Shown here: piece by piece, positions 25,151-37,375 of the stretch
Layout of the letters: every line of letters begins with the position of its first letter
Numbering within the stretch: position 1 is the stretch's first letter
Source of the DNA: Carcharhinus longimanus
Taxonomy: Eukaryota
Direction of reading: 5' to 3'
Length of the DNA stretch: 64,000 bases
Assembly: GCA_030264375.1 (NCBI GenBank)
Contig: JASCQW010000061.1
Coordinates: 84,627,343-84,691,342, forward strand
The notes under the pieces: generated by a model
Database searches by the model: none
Told to the model about the DNA's origin: nothing
Seen by the model: only the letters and a program-made list of their open reading frames with translations
Made by a program: the position numbers and the translations under genes

Positions 25151-26417
25151 AGCCATGAGGATATTAAACTTCTTTTCCTTTTTTTAAAAAATATGAATTG
25201 GATCAGAGGTGACATTTAATTCAGTAGGAAATAGGTAAACATTTGAGGCATTTTTTTGCTGCAGAAAAAGTGTCAGGACACAGTGCCAGAGAAAAATAAA
25301 ATTAATGAAACCGAAATGAGAGGAAAAAAAGATGAATTTCTGTTCCACGGGGTATTAAGCAAAGGTTTTCACTAAGTGTATAATTCATTCCAGGTTGGGC
25401 TGAAGACTGAGTTGGTGATAAATGGTTTCTCTCTAAGAAAAATCCCCATCCAAGCGACAGTATTAGTTTTACTTTAATTACCAGCTCTAGTAATGTTTCC
25501 TATCCATTACTGTCTGTAACATAGACTGTTAGCGAGCAGAGGGTATGGCCTGTTTACTCATCCATTGTAAAGTGCACCTAAGTTTTGCTTCATCTTGCTG
25601 ATATTCACCACTTTCTCTGGGGAGAAATTCAGGCATTTGAATACTTAAATATTAATGTTTCACTTTACAGTTGGAACAGCTCAAGAGCCACGACAAGAAA
25701 GTGCACTGTCTTTTTGTTTTGAGTATTGATATAAGCGTACGCTAAATCTCGAATTTGTGGCAGTCAGGTGGACACCATAATAGCTGCCATTTTGAAAGAA
25801 TTGATGGGCGCTAGAGTTGTGCTTTTTCTGTTCACAGTCCGATGAAAGATAAGCTATCTGGACTGGCTCTCTTCAAAATGGTTCAGTGACATTAGCTGCA
25901 AATGAGCAGAGAGACACTAACTACTAATTGATTACAGTAATTATGCAGTCTTTGGCTAGTTTGTATTGGCAAACTATATATACTCCTTGCATAAATTTGA
26001 ACTTGCAGAATGCAGAGAAAAGGTCAGTCTAATTTGCATGATAGGCTTCATTAGAATATGCTAAGGACAGGACCTAGTGGTTTATGATTCCAGGTGATGA
26101 ATAGCTACAATAATACAGCAATAGCTGAAAGCATGTTTCAGTCTCCTTAATTTGCATGCTGTTTTTCTTTAATATTAAGGAAAATTTGTTGGCTGTTAGG
26201 AGATCAACAGATGACATTGCAAGGTAATTTTAGACTTTTGCATTTTGGGAATGAAAGCGATAGACTTTACAGCAGCAGAAAAAATCTTATCATTGAACCT
26301 TGGTATCACCTTCCCAAATCCAAGTCCTAATAGTTCAACACATGGGCATGAAAGGCAGATGACAGTTCAGTTCTGAGTGTTATACTTAGACATAATTCAG
26401 CGTTTAAATTAAAAGGT

Positions 26418-26545
26418 TAAAAGCAAAATACTGTGGATGCTGGAATGAAAACAGAAAATACTGGAAAATCTCAGAAGGTCTGACAGCATCTGTGGAGAAA
26501 GAATAGAGCCAACCTTTTGAGTCAGGATGACTGCTCGTCAGAAGC
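26418..26545 (-). mobile_element. Penelope-like element end with a degenerate hammerhead
   Basis: Minus strand CTGACGA-GCAGTCATCCTGACTC-AAAA...CACAGATGCTGTCAGACC. Confidence 0.6.
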
Positions 26546-27045
26546 GGGGATTAGATGTCGTAGTGGGCAACTTGGGAAGAAGAGAGGAAGCTTTCGGGTG
26601 CTGAGGTGGGCTGGATAGAAGCACTATGTCCAAAATTTAAAAAAAAAATGAACCGTCTCTCCAGCGTTCACCCACCTCCCCACATACACCCCATGCCCCA
26701 TCCATGCCACCCTCACACCCCCACCTATTTTCTATAATTCCTCATACCCTCCATGCCAGCGTATGAGTATTGAACAGATATTGAATTCGATGATCAATCA
26801 TGACCAAAATGAATGGTGGAGCAGGCTCGAAGGGATGTATGGCCTACTTCTGCTTCTAGTTTCTATGGATGTCTCTCTACCCATTCTCATGTCCCTTTAT
26901 AGTCTCTATGGCAACTTAAGACCACGATGCCCATTTTAATCATTACACTCAGGTTTTACACTACTGGCCTACCAAAATTTCCATTCAGTGGAGGCAGTTG
27001 AAACTACAATGCATGAAATGCCAACCCTGCGTCTGTGAGAAAGTC

Positions 27046-27340
27046 ATGATGTGGAGATGCCGGTGTTGGACTGGGGTAAACACAGTAAGAAGTCTGACTT
27101 CGCCTGACGAAGGGGCAAACCCCAAAAGCTTGCGAGTTTACTATCAAATAAATCGGTTGGACTTAAANNNNNNNNNNNNNNNNNNNNNNNNNNNNNNNNN
27201 NNNNNNNNNNNNNNNNNNNNNNNNNNNNNNNNNNNNNNNNNNNNNNNNNNNNNNNNNNNNNNNNNNNGCAAACCCCAAAAGCTTGCGAGTTTACTATCAA
27301 ATAAATCGGTTGGACTTAAACCTGGTGTTGTCAGACTTCT
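27046..27340 (+). mobile_element. Penelope-like element terminus with a hammerhead motif (gap inside)
   Basis: TTCGC-CTGACGA-A-GGGG/CAAA/CCCC-AAAA-GCTT-GCGAG followed by CAAATAAATCGGTTGGAC..CCTGGTGTTGTCAGAC. Confidence 0.7.
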
Positions 27341-30300
27341 TTCTTTGAGAAAGGGAATTGCCATGTTTGGAGGCAGGACGTGTTTTTGGCTTTTCTGGCT
27401 ACTTTGCCATGCAGCGAACCTCTCTTTTGTAGCAAAAATCTGGGCCATGGTGTCATAACAATCCATTATCAGACATGTTGAGCAAGTATCAGAAGTGACC
27501 TCTGAAGCATGGAACTTCTGTTCCTCTTTGAAGATGGCCAATTTATAATCAAGCTATAACCAAACTGTGATATATTGTAGGAGTTTTCAATCTATCATGG
27601 TGTGTGAACAAGCAAAAGTTAATACCTGGCTAGTGGAGTGACTCTTATTTCCCTTTCAGTCAAAAGTTTTTGGATATAAATGTATCATAATTAGGTGTGT
27701 GTAGACTATCAAAATAAGTTACCAACAATTGCTAGTGATTTGAGGGTTTTTTATGATTCCACTTATGTTTTAGAGGAGACTGGTGTTGGCCTTTGGAAAG
27801 GTTGCAGTCACTAACTGCAAGGAGGATGGTGTCACTGCTTGAAGCAACTTTCTAATGGCTAGAGGGAATGGCATTGTGAGGATGGGATTGGACATGAGAG
27901 GATGTGTTAGAGGATGCTACAGTCTGATTCAATTATACTCAAATTTTCTCCTAGTTCTTTTTAGGAACGTTTTGTCCTATCATAACAGTTCCATTTGGGA
28001 TTCTGAACGAAACTGGTGACCTTAGTGATTCACCTTCAATAATAGATGAGTATAATTTTTCTTATATTTTTTCTGAAGCAACAGATCATCGTTCAGGTCA
28101 ACATGTTCTCTGTTCCTTTGTATTTTCCTGAGATCAATTTGGCACCATTCTGCATCTTTCCAATGTTGCTTAAAAAAATCTCCAAATTACAAAGCAGTAA
28201 TTCCATCTTGAACATTGCTGAAATGAGAGACACGTTACCAAAACATTCAGGACTGCTGATTGGTTTGTAAGTTGACTCCAATTGGCCAAGGCATTGTGGT
28301 TTCTAAGTAATTCAGAATGCAGCAAGACTTGAACATAGAACACTACAGCACAAACAGGCCCTTCGGCCCACGAGTTGCGCCGATCACATCAACACCTACC
28401 AATCTNNNNNNNNNNNNNNNNNNNNNNNNNNNNNNNNNNNNNNNNNNNNNNNNNNNNNNNNNNNNNNNNNNNNNNNNNNNNNNNNNNNNNNNNNNNNNNN
28501 NNNNNNNNNNNNNNNNNNNNNNNNNNNNNNNNNNNNNNNNNNNNNNNNNNNNNNNNNNNNNNNNNNNNNNNNNNNNNNNNNNNNNNNNNNNNNNNNNNNN
28601 NNNNNNNNNNNNNNNNNNNNNNNNNNNNNNNNNNNNNNNNNNNNNNNNNNNNNNNNNNNNNNNNNNNNNNNNNNNNNNNNNNNNNNNNNNNNNNNNNNNN
28701 NNNNNNNNNNNNNNNNNNNNNNNNNNNNNNNNNNNNNNNNNNNNNNNNNNNNNNNNNNNNNNNNNNNNNNNNNNNNNNNNNNNNNNNNNNNNNNNNNNNN
28801 NNNNNNNNNNNNNNNNNNNNNNNNNNNNNNNNNNNNNNNNNNNNNNNNNNNNNNNNNNNNNNNNNNNNNNNNNNNNNNNNNNNNNNNNNNNNNNNNNNNN
28901 NNNNNNNNNNNNNNNNNNNNNNNNNNNNNNNNNNNNNNNNNNNNNNNNNNNNNNNNNNNNNNNNNNNNNNNNNNNNNNNNNNNNNNNNNNNNNNNNNNNN
29001 NNNNNNTGGCGGGGCAGGCTCGAAGGGCTAGATGGCCTACTCCTGCTCCTATTTCTTATGTTCTTATGTTCTTAAAATCATGAAACTCTACTCTCTGCAG
29101 AATGTATCTGGATGTACCTACACCACAAGAACTGTAGTGGTTCTACAAAGCAGCTTACCGTTACTTCCTCATGGACAGGGCAATACATGCTGGTCTAGCA
29201 AGTGATGCCCAAATCCCATGAATGAATCACATTTGTTAGACAATTTTGTTTTGGGCTTTGCAAGTGCAGGCTGGTTGAGTACAGTCTGTACTTTGTCTAT
29301 TATGAACAGCCAGAGGAACACATTGTTTGATCAGCCTATGTACTTGGGTATTGCAGTGGCATTGGAATTTATACACTAGGTTGCTCAATTGTGTAGTTGA
29401 TAGAACATCAATGGTTAGATGTAATTCTGTAATTTTACAGCATAGGAAAAGGCCATTCCACCACATGGACTGAAGCAGTTCAAGAAGGCAGCTCACCAAC
29501 ACCTTCTCAAGGGCAGTTAGGGATGGGCAATAAGTGCTAGCCTAGCCAGCGACACCCACATCCCATGAACGAATAAAAATAATTACTCCTTGGATAAAGA
29601 AATTTCTCCTGATTACCCTATTGGATTTATTATTGTAATCTAAAATACTCTAAGTATTTTAATTATGTCTCCTGGTTTGTCTCTGCACAAGTGAAAACAT
29701 CTTCTAACTCATCAAACCCTTTCATAATCTTAAAGTTCATTATCAGCTAATCCCAAAGCCTCAGTCTTCAGATTTTTCTGATTGGTCTTTTAAAAGACTG
29801 AGAGATTGTAACTAGCAACACAAACATTGAACTGAATATCATCAGCATTGCATATCATTGGGAGAAGCAGGAAGGATCTAATGACTAACTGCACTACAGA
29901 ACAAAACTACAGCAAAAGAGTAAAGTCTTACAAGAATCTGTAATGTGCAACAGACTGTCGTGATGAACAACAACAGTGTGATCATGATCCTATAAAGAAC
30001 AAGAGTGATGAAATAGAGTGAAGAAGAATATTGAATCAAGTAAAGAAAAAAGTATGTCAATGAACCACTTCAAGAAAAGGCAAAGTACAAACAAGCATTT
30101 AGACAACCCCTTTCATGATCTGAGCACATTTCAAGGTGCTTTACAGTCAATGCAATACTTTCTGAAGTATAGCCTCTGTTGTAATATGGGGAAACTAGAA
30201 TGTCATTAGCATGTGGAGAATTAATGATGTGGAAAAGCTTTTAAATCTTTGAAAGTGAGTTATTTTGAAGAGAAATTATAAGCTAAAGAAACATCAAGTT

Positions 30301-32603
30301 AAGCATTACACACGGAATAACTAGTTACCGCTTAAAATTTATTTAAAGGATAAGCTGCTATCTAACCTAATAAATGTGGATTTGAAGCCTTCAGCAGAAA
30401 GAAGTAGGCCAAATCCTAATTCAAGGTTTAGGGAAGGGGTATGAGGCAGCACCAAGGACAGAGGGCTTTGACTTGTTCTGAGCAAGCTCCATGTATCGAT
30501 TTAAAACACTTAGAGCAACCCGAGGGGGCATAAGTAGCCTTTCTTTCAGTTTCCTAGTTTTTTTTTGTCTTGATAAATTGAATGTTTTGTTTTGAGACTC
30601 GATGGCTGCAAGTGTCAAACAGAGTCACAGGCAAAAAGAGTCTTGTGACCATCATTGTAATGCATTGTGAAAAATATACCATTGAACACCCGCAAGACAA
30701 CAACCAAAGTGTCACAGTGAGACATGAAAGCATTGTGGCAAATTGCTGCCTTTTTAAATGAGAGTGTGTTATTTTTATAAGCTGCTAATGATTCGCTGAA
30801 GATTGGACATTACCTTTCTTCGTCTTGTGTGGACAAATGTGTTGAATACATCAGAATTGAGGAATAGCTTATTCTGTGTTTGCAGTAGCATTTACATTTT
30901 ATTTTGTTCTCTGCATGTCAGAAAAGTCATGGCTTTTCATTGACTTTCAGAATCTTCTCGATCAAGCATTGCTCACGTTTCTAGTTTAACATTTGCTTTT
31001 TTTTTCTGTAAAGGGCAGTGATGTCCAGCTGACATGATCTGTTTTAACAGCACAATGCTTTCAGGTTTATATTTCTGGACTTACAAGTTCTAGTCAGCCT
31101 TGCAGGCTGCAAAACAATTCACACAACATTTGGTTCTTTAATCCTTCAATTTTTACTTACTTGGTTTGAGGTAGTTTTGGCATGCTCGGCTCTTGTTTGT
31201 TTTTAGTCAATGCCAACCAGCAAAAATAGGCAAATTGTAAACTTTATCAGGCAAACTAAACTTCTAAAGGGATGGAAATTTTGAATCTGTATTGAGGCCT
31301 TGAAATCAATCGTGTTTGGTCCTTTTTAAGAATTTGGTATTTAATTTGTTTTGTTTGATGGTACGGTGTTTCTGTCAAAAGTAGTGTCACTTCATTTAAA
31401 GTTTAAAAACAGTCTTCACTGACTTGATCAAAATTATATATGTCTGACTGATTTGAAACAATGGACACTGTTCTAAATTTGATCTCTTGAAACATCAGGC
31501 TGGCAGATCACAACTCTGTGTAACTTTATGAACTGAAATTCCTTAGTGGATTACAGCCAAATGTAATAATTGCCAGCTTTTCAACAGTTCCTTCATATAA
31601 AAAGGATACAGATGGCACCATTCACCTGCCCCTGATTGTACATTTGGAAGTCGAGATGCATCAATTGAAACACTTTAAAATGCATTTAAAAAATGAGATT
31701 TTCACTGAAGCATTCCCCATCAGTTTCCTGGATATCTTTCAGAAATGGCTATGTTCAGGATCATTAGTGTATTCAAATTGTAGCCTCCAATTTGTGGCAG
31801 AATGGCAAATGTTAATGTAGTAAGTTTAAAGAGGGAGTCAAATCATCAGGCCATTGCTCCGAACACCAAACCATGTCAAACCATTCTGTTTTACCTTTAA
31901 TATGGATTTGTTGGTCCTGTCCACTTCAGTTATTTCTTTTTTATTTCCTTTTCTTTATTTAAACAGTGAATTTGATGATGTCTTCAGAAGATGACTTGAA
32001 GGGATTACTCCAAGTATAACGTGTGCACAGCTGTTATCAACTGATGTTAATGCAGCTCGCTTTCACTGTCAGAATCAACAAATCTTTAAAGCCAGTATTT
32101 CAGAGAATGTCACCAGAATCACAAAAAAAAGAATAATGACTGGCTTCCATGATGGTTAGCTGATGAACATGGTGTAGCACCAAGGCATAGAGACATATAA
32201 GATACTGGAATCTGTGGTGCTTTAACTGATCCCAGCCTGACTATGTTACATCTGGCCTTGATGTTAGTATGGGCCAGAGCACCCATTGCTCACTGCTGTC
32301 TATTGATTTTCAAGTTGGTTGTAATTCTTTTTGATGTCTTTTTTTCATATATCTGAAAAAACAACCTTAGGGTTGAAATTCCATCATTATGAGGTTTCAC
32401 TGGATGTTAGAGCAAGATTTTTGTCACCAAGAATTTGGGAAGCGAAAAATACTTGCATGTTAAGTGCTGACTGTACCATGGAGAGCACATTAATTGCCAC
32501 AGTCAGTACTATGGTGAAGGAAAGCTGGAGAGGAATTTAAATTCTAGACCCTAAAAATCCTAGACTGAGGAAAATGAGGAAGCCCAAGATCAGCCATGGT
32601 ATC

Positions 32604-32692
32604 CACTCACCTGATGAAGGAGCAGCACTCCGAAAGCTCATGATTCCAAATAAGCCTGTTGGACTTTAACCTGGTGTTGTGAGACTTCTTAT
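32604..32692 (+). mobile_element. Penelope-like element terminus with a minimal hammerhead core
   Basis: CTGATGA (32611-17), stem GGAG/CTCC, GAAA (32632-35), GC-TC, then CAAATAAGCCTGTTGGACTTTAACCTGGTGTTGTGAGAC. Confidence 0.75.
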
Positions 32693-32789
32693 TATGATCA
32701 TATTGAATAGTGGATCATGCTTAATGGGCCGTGTGGTCCACTCCTGCACTTATTTCTCATGTTCTCGTGTTTCAAAAAGGAAAAACAAT

Positions 32790-32916
32790 GGATGGGATTT
32801 TCCAGCCGCATTCGCTCCAAAACCAGGAAATCCCGCCCAAGGTCCGTAGACGTTTCCATGATCCACTTCTTTCCCGCTACGATTCCCGTGGTGAGTGGAG
32901 TGGGAAAATTTGACCT
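32790..32916 (-). mobile_element. PIF/Harbinger-type MITE (127 bp)
   Basis: TIRs GGATGGGATTTTCC / GGAAAATTTGACCT, TSD AAT/AAT; reverse copy of 35281-35407. Confidence 0.75.
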
Positions 32917-35280
32917 AATGTGCTTTTGAGTTCTCGGCTTTGTGGAGTAAGTCTGAATGTAATTGTGGGCATCCTGCTCCAGCTCCAAACAACTTATTCA
33001 TTAATTCTATCAATGGCCAGTTCTCAGTATGTTGAGCTGCGTTGTCATCCTTTCTGACCCAGCATCAATTATACATAAAGGTTCAATACCTGTGTCAAAG
33101 GGCAATGCTGAATTTTGTTGACCTTTGCTAATTTTCTCTTCCAGTTTTTCTTTACTCTTTTCTAAAAGGCTGTCAACCATTCAATGGTTTGTTTTCATGG
33201 AAATCCTCCAAAATCTCACCCGAGGGCCTGCTATTAAGCCAGACCGGTAAATGGCATTGAGGGGCAATGGTCTAAATGAAACTTGGAACTGGCTCCAGAG
33301 TTCTGCATGATCTACTCCTTTATTAATGTTTTTACTCTTCACCTGCAAGGTTTGCCTTGAATACAGGTTGACCACAGGGGCACTGAGTTGAATCCTCTCC
33401 TCTCTGGCTACTGCAAGCACATCATCACAGTTAGGATCGAGAACCTGGATTGATTTTGTTCTCTCTGATTCAGGGTTCCAATCGTTGCCCAGTTGAGCTC
33501 AGTCAACTCAGTGCAAAGTGGGAATGTAGTCAAGGACATGCCTGAACCATTAGAGAAGGCAATAGTGAACTTTTCATGAGTATTGGAGTGACTTAAGTAT
33601 TCCTAGAATGCTTGTGATTCGCATGATGAGGACCACACCTTTCAATGGAGAGGGGACATTTGTAACAATCAAGCAGACTTCCTGTGAATCTGAACATGAG
33701 AGCCTCTTTGGAAATGATACAACTCAGATTGTTGTTAGCAGTTGGAAACCTAGAAATCCAATATCTGAAGTAGGCTGATCTGCAACACTCCAAGGCATTA
33801 TTGAGGATTGACCAGTCGGTTTGGCTCACTGAATGGAACCTAGAGGGGTAGACCTTGGAACTTGGGATTCTTTCAAGGAAGTGCTCCTACTAGTAAGGTA
33901 GTCTGGGGTAGACTTTTAATGTGAAACTTGGAAATGCTTTGTGCTGATGAGCAGGATAGTTTCAGCTGCTAAATCTCCAGCAGAGTGCCATGGAGATCTC
34001 TGTACCTTGGCTTCTTGGGTTAGTAGTGAGTATTCCATCTGTGTGCACTATGTATTGGCTAAGGAGGAGATCTATCTGTTTGTATTACTTGGTAGCTTGT
34101 TTTGGAGATGGGAGGATGAGTCTTCATGAATGTCAGATAACTTGCTTAACCCAAAAATTCCCAGAGGTTGGAAAAATTGAAAGCAGTACTTTATTATGTT
34201 TATAGGTGACACACTTTAAACTGAGTTCTTTCCCCCACAGTTTCCTGCACTTCTAAAGACTTGTAGATTTTAACAAAAATATGATAGCTACTTCCTCTTG
34301 CCCTAACCCAGGTTAGGTCTCAGACATGCCTGGAAGCTTTTTATTTGTCTGATCACTCGTTTGACTTCATGTATTGCAGGAAATTTGTGACGTGCCACAA
34401 ATTGCCAAACAATTACATCTACTAAAAAGTGAGCATCTTACAAAGTGCCCAGGTCTGAAAACAGTAGAAATGTCTCGCTGTAAAACTAATTTATATTGGT
34501 TCGGTTGCGTTGAACATCAGTCTGTTTTAGTTTAGCCTGACATTTTCATGACTGTACGCACTTTCTTTTCATGATATTTTGACTGCTTTTGAATGATGCC
34601 CGCAGCCTTCTCGATCACATTTCCCCAAGGAGATATTTGTGAGCGTTGCTCACATTGCATGTTTGCCAGGATGTACATACGGTATATTACATTAATGTCC
34701 ATAAAGCACAGCTTGAGAACAAAAATATGCAATCCACTTTCGCAAAATATCATTGCTGACAATGCACAACACTATAATTTATTTATTTTTGCTCCTAGAG
34801 CCCTTTTAATTTGAAGAAGTTTTGTTAGCCAAACTAATGAAGGTAGAATATGTCACATAAAACATTTAATCAGTTCATCTTATTAAAAAAAGCATTTTCT
34901 TCCAACAGAAATCAAGATCAACCTTATATATTTAACATTGCACTGAAGAAACAGTGCTTTTAATAGTTGCAGCATAAACCCTTTTTGAAAATAATGGCAG
35001 TTTTGGCAAAGTATAAATAGTGGTATGATTTGAAGCTTGAGTTATACATGTTTGTTTTCTTTCTTGGGATGACGGCATCACTTTCAAGACTGGAATTTGT
35101 TGCCCATCTCTAACTGCCCTTGAGAAGGTGGTGATGAGCTATCTCCTTGAACCACTGCAACTTATGTGGTATATGTGAAATCACCGCGCTGTTATGGTGG
35201 AAACTCTAGGATTTTGATCCAGTGACAGTGAAGGCATGGCGATATAGTGCTGAATTATAAAAGAATGGCTGGGATACAGA

Positions 35281-35407
35281 GGGCAGAATTTTCCTGTCCC
35301 GCCTGCCACGGGAATTATAGCAGGTGGGACACAGACCATGCAAAGGTCCATTGACTTCGGGTGGGATTTTCCGGGATTGGGGCGAGCATGGCCAGAAAAT
35401 CCCGCCC
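35281..35407 (+). mobile_element. PIF/Harbinger-type MITE (127 bp)
   Basis: TIRs GGGCAGAATTTTC / GAAAATCCCGCCC, TSD AGA/AGA. Confidence 0.8.
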
Positions 35408-35719
35408 AGAAAGTCTTGTCGAGTGTGAAAGAAAAGGTTTGTTTTAGGGTTGGTGTGACAGGTTTAAAGACACTGTAGAGGTCTGTTCTGGGTATATAGG
35501 AAGAGGGTATGATTTGCCTTATAAAAAAAGTGCTGATAACACAATGGCATTCAGCGAATTTGGGCAAGTTGAATGGTTGGATGAAGGTGGATTTTCTCGT
35601 AGATATAGAAGTGTGATGGTGTACATTTGAACTTGAAACATGAATGGATGGATGTTTACTTGGAAAGATAAAATAATCAAGATGCAGGTGTTATATAAAA
35701 AAAAGACACCAAACTGCAA

Positions 35720-36130
35720 GGCATGTTAAGGTGGATGACCAAAAGTTTGTTCAAAGAGGTCAGTTTTAAGGAGTAGCTGATAGGAATGTAGTGTCGTGGG
35801 GAAATTCAGGGAGTGAATTCCAGAAATTAGATACTTAGCAGCTAATGATACAGCAGCCATTGGGGAACAATTTAAATATGGGTTATTCATGAGGTCAGTA
35901 TTAGATTGGTGCTGGTATCTCATAGATTTGTGGGTTTAGTCGGAAATCATAGATATGGAAAAGGTGAGAATTTGGAAGCAAGGGTGAGAAATACAAAATT
36001 GAGGTTTTTGGTGGTCTCAGGTTTGCAAAAGATGCAAGGTGGATGGCCAGCCAGGAGTTCTTTGGAACAGTCAAGTCTACAAGTAGCAAAGGCATGGATG
36101 AAGGTTTCAGCAGCTGAGGAGCCGAGGCAA
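35720..36130 (-). mobile_element. L2-type LINE fragment
   Basis: GATGACCAAAAGTTTGTTCAAAGAGG; minus translation AETFIHAFATCRLDCSKELLAG resembles L2 ORF2 LIHAFVTSRLDYCN. Confidence 0.7.
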
Positions 36131-37375
36131 CCTTGTACGTCCTTGATTTCCTTCGCAGCACCATTGGTGGCTGAGCCCTTGGTTGTCAAAGCTCCTGAGT
36201 TCTGGAATTTTCTTGCTAAACCTTTCTACCTTTCCACCTCTTTTTCTACTTTCNNNNNNAGACACTTCCTTAAAATTTTCTTTAAAACTGTCTAATATCT
36301 CCGTGTGTGGTTTGGTGTCACATATTGGTTGATAATGTTCCTGTGAAGTGCCTTGCAATGTCTAATCATGTTAGAGGTGCTACATGAATACAAGTGTATT
36401 TCAAATTTGCTTCAAGCACTTCTGCCGCTGTGTTGGATAGCAAAGCGCATGTTACAAGTCACAAGCGTATTTGCTCCTAATTATTTGTTTATTTTATGTG
36501 AAACTTTGATTACTGATGTTTTGCCAGCAGTAAGTTACAGAAATCTTTAAAATGTATCATACTAGCAATGGCATATTGTGTCTGTTTCTTCACAACTGCA
36601 AAAGACCTGTAAGTTTAAACTAAAAGCATGCCTAACACTTATTGGTCTAGGTACCACATTCGAGGAAGCAATAGTTATGTTCTTGATTCTATTCTGATCT
36701 ATCTTTGCTTTTTGATGATCCTTTCACACTGTTAGGAATGATGAAAGTAATCAAACTCCTATCCAATGGCAAAGTTCTCGGAGTTGCTGCGATGTCAGCT
36801 GAAGTCGATAAAGTCTCAAACTCACTGCATTCTTTTAGATAATGTGGGAGTGACAAACCAGCCTCCAGGAATGCAAAGATGTCTCTACTGTCAACCTGCA
36901 CAAGTAGAAAGGAACTTGTCAATCTTACAATCACAGAAGAAGCTCACTCCTCTCCATCACCAGAAAAATCTTTGCCAGAATCATTCTACCTATAGCATAC
37001 TTTGAACATCAGTCTGGGAACGAAGAGGAGTAAGTCTGCCTACCAAACAGAAAGTGTGCTCCTACAAATACAAGCTTTGGATTGCCATCCCAAGAATTTT
37101 ACTGCTTTCACTTGAGCTGCCTTTGGAAGCTTCAGAAGATCAGATACCAGGCACTGAGGTGCTTACCTGAGCTGGGATTGCCAAGCATCCAGACCTTATT
37201 GAGATAATCACAGCTGAGTCATGTAACCTGAATGCCTGATATTTGCTTAGCAAAGTAAATCTTCCAATGAGAGTTTGAGCCTGGGGCATATTCACATGGT
37301 GGTCAAAGGAAGCACTAGAAGTACACGCTAGGACTTCCCTTTGGAGTGTTAATATCAGCTTCGAATCCTGGGAGG

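Noticed and set aside
28317-29075. Longest ORF (252 aa)
   Set aside because: Almost entirely an N gap between two CR1-type tails.
36738-36802. C/D box snoRNA (ATGATGA...CTGA)
   Set aside because: No terminal stem or recognisable rRNA guide; these motifs are common by chance.
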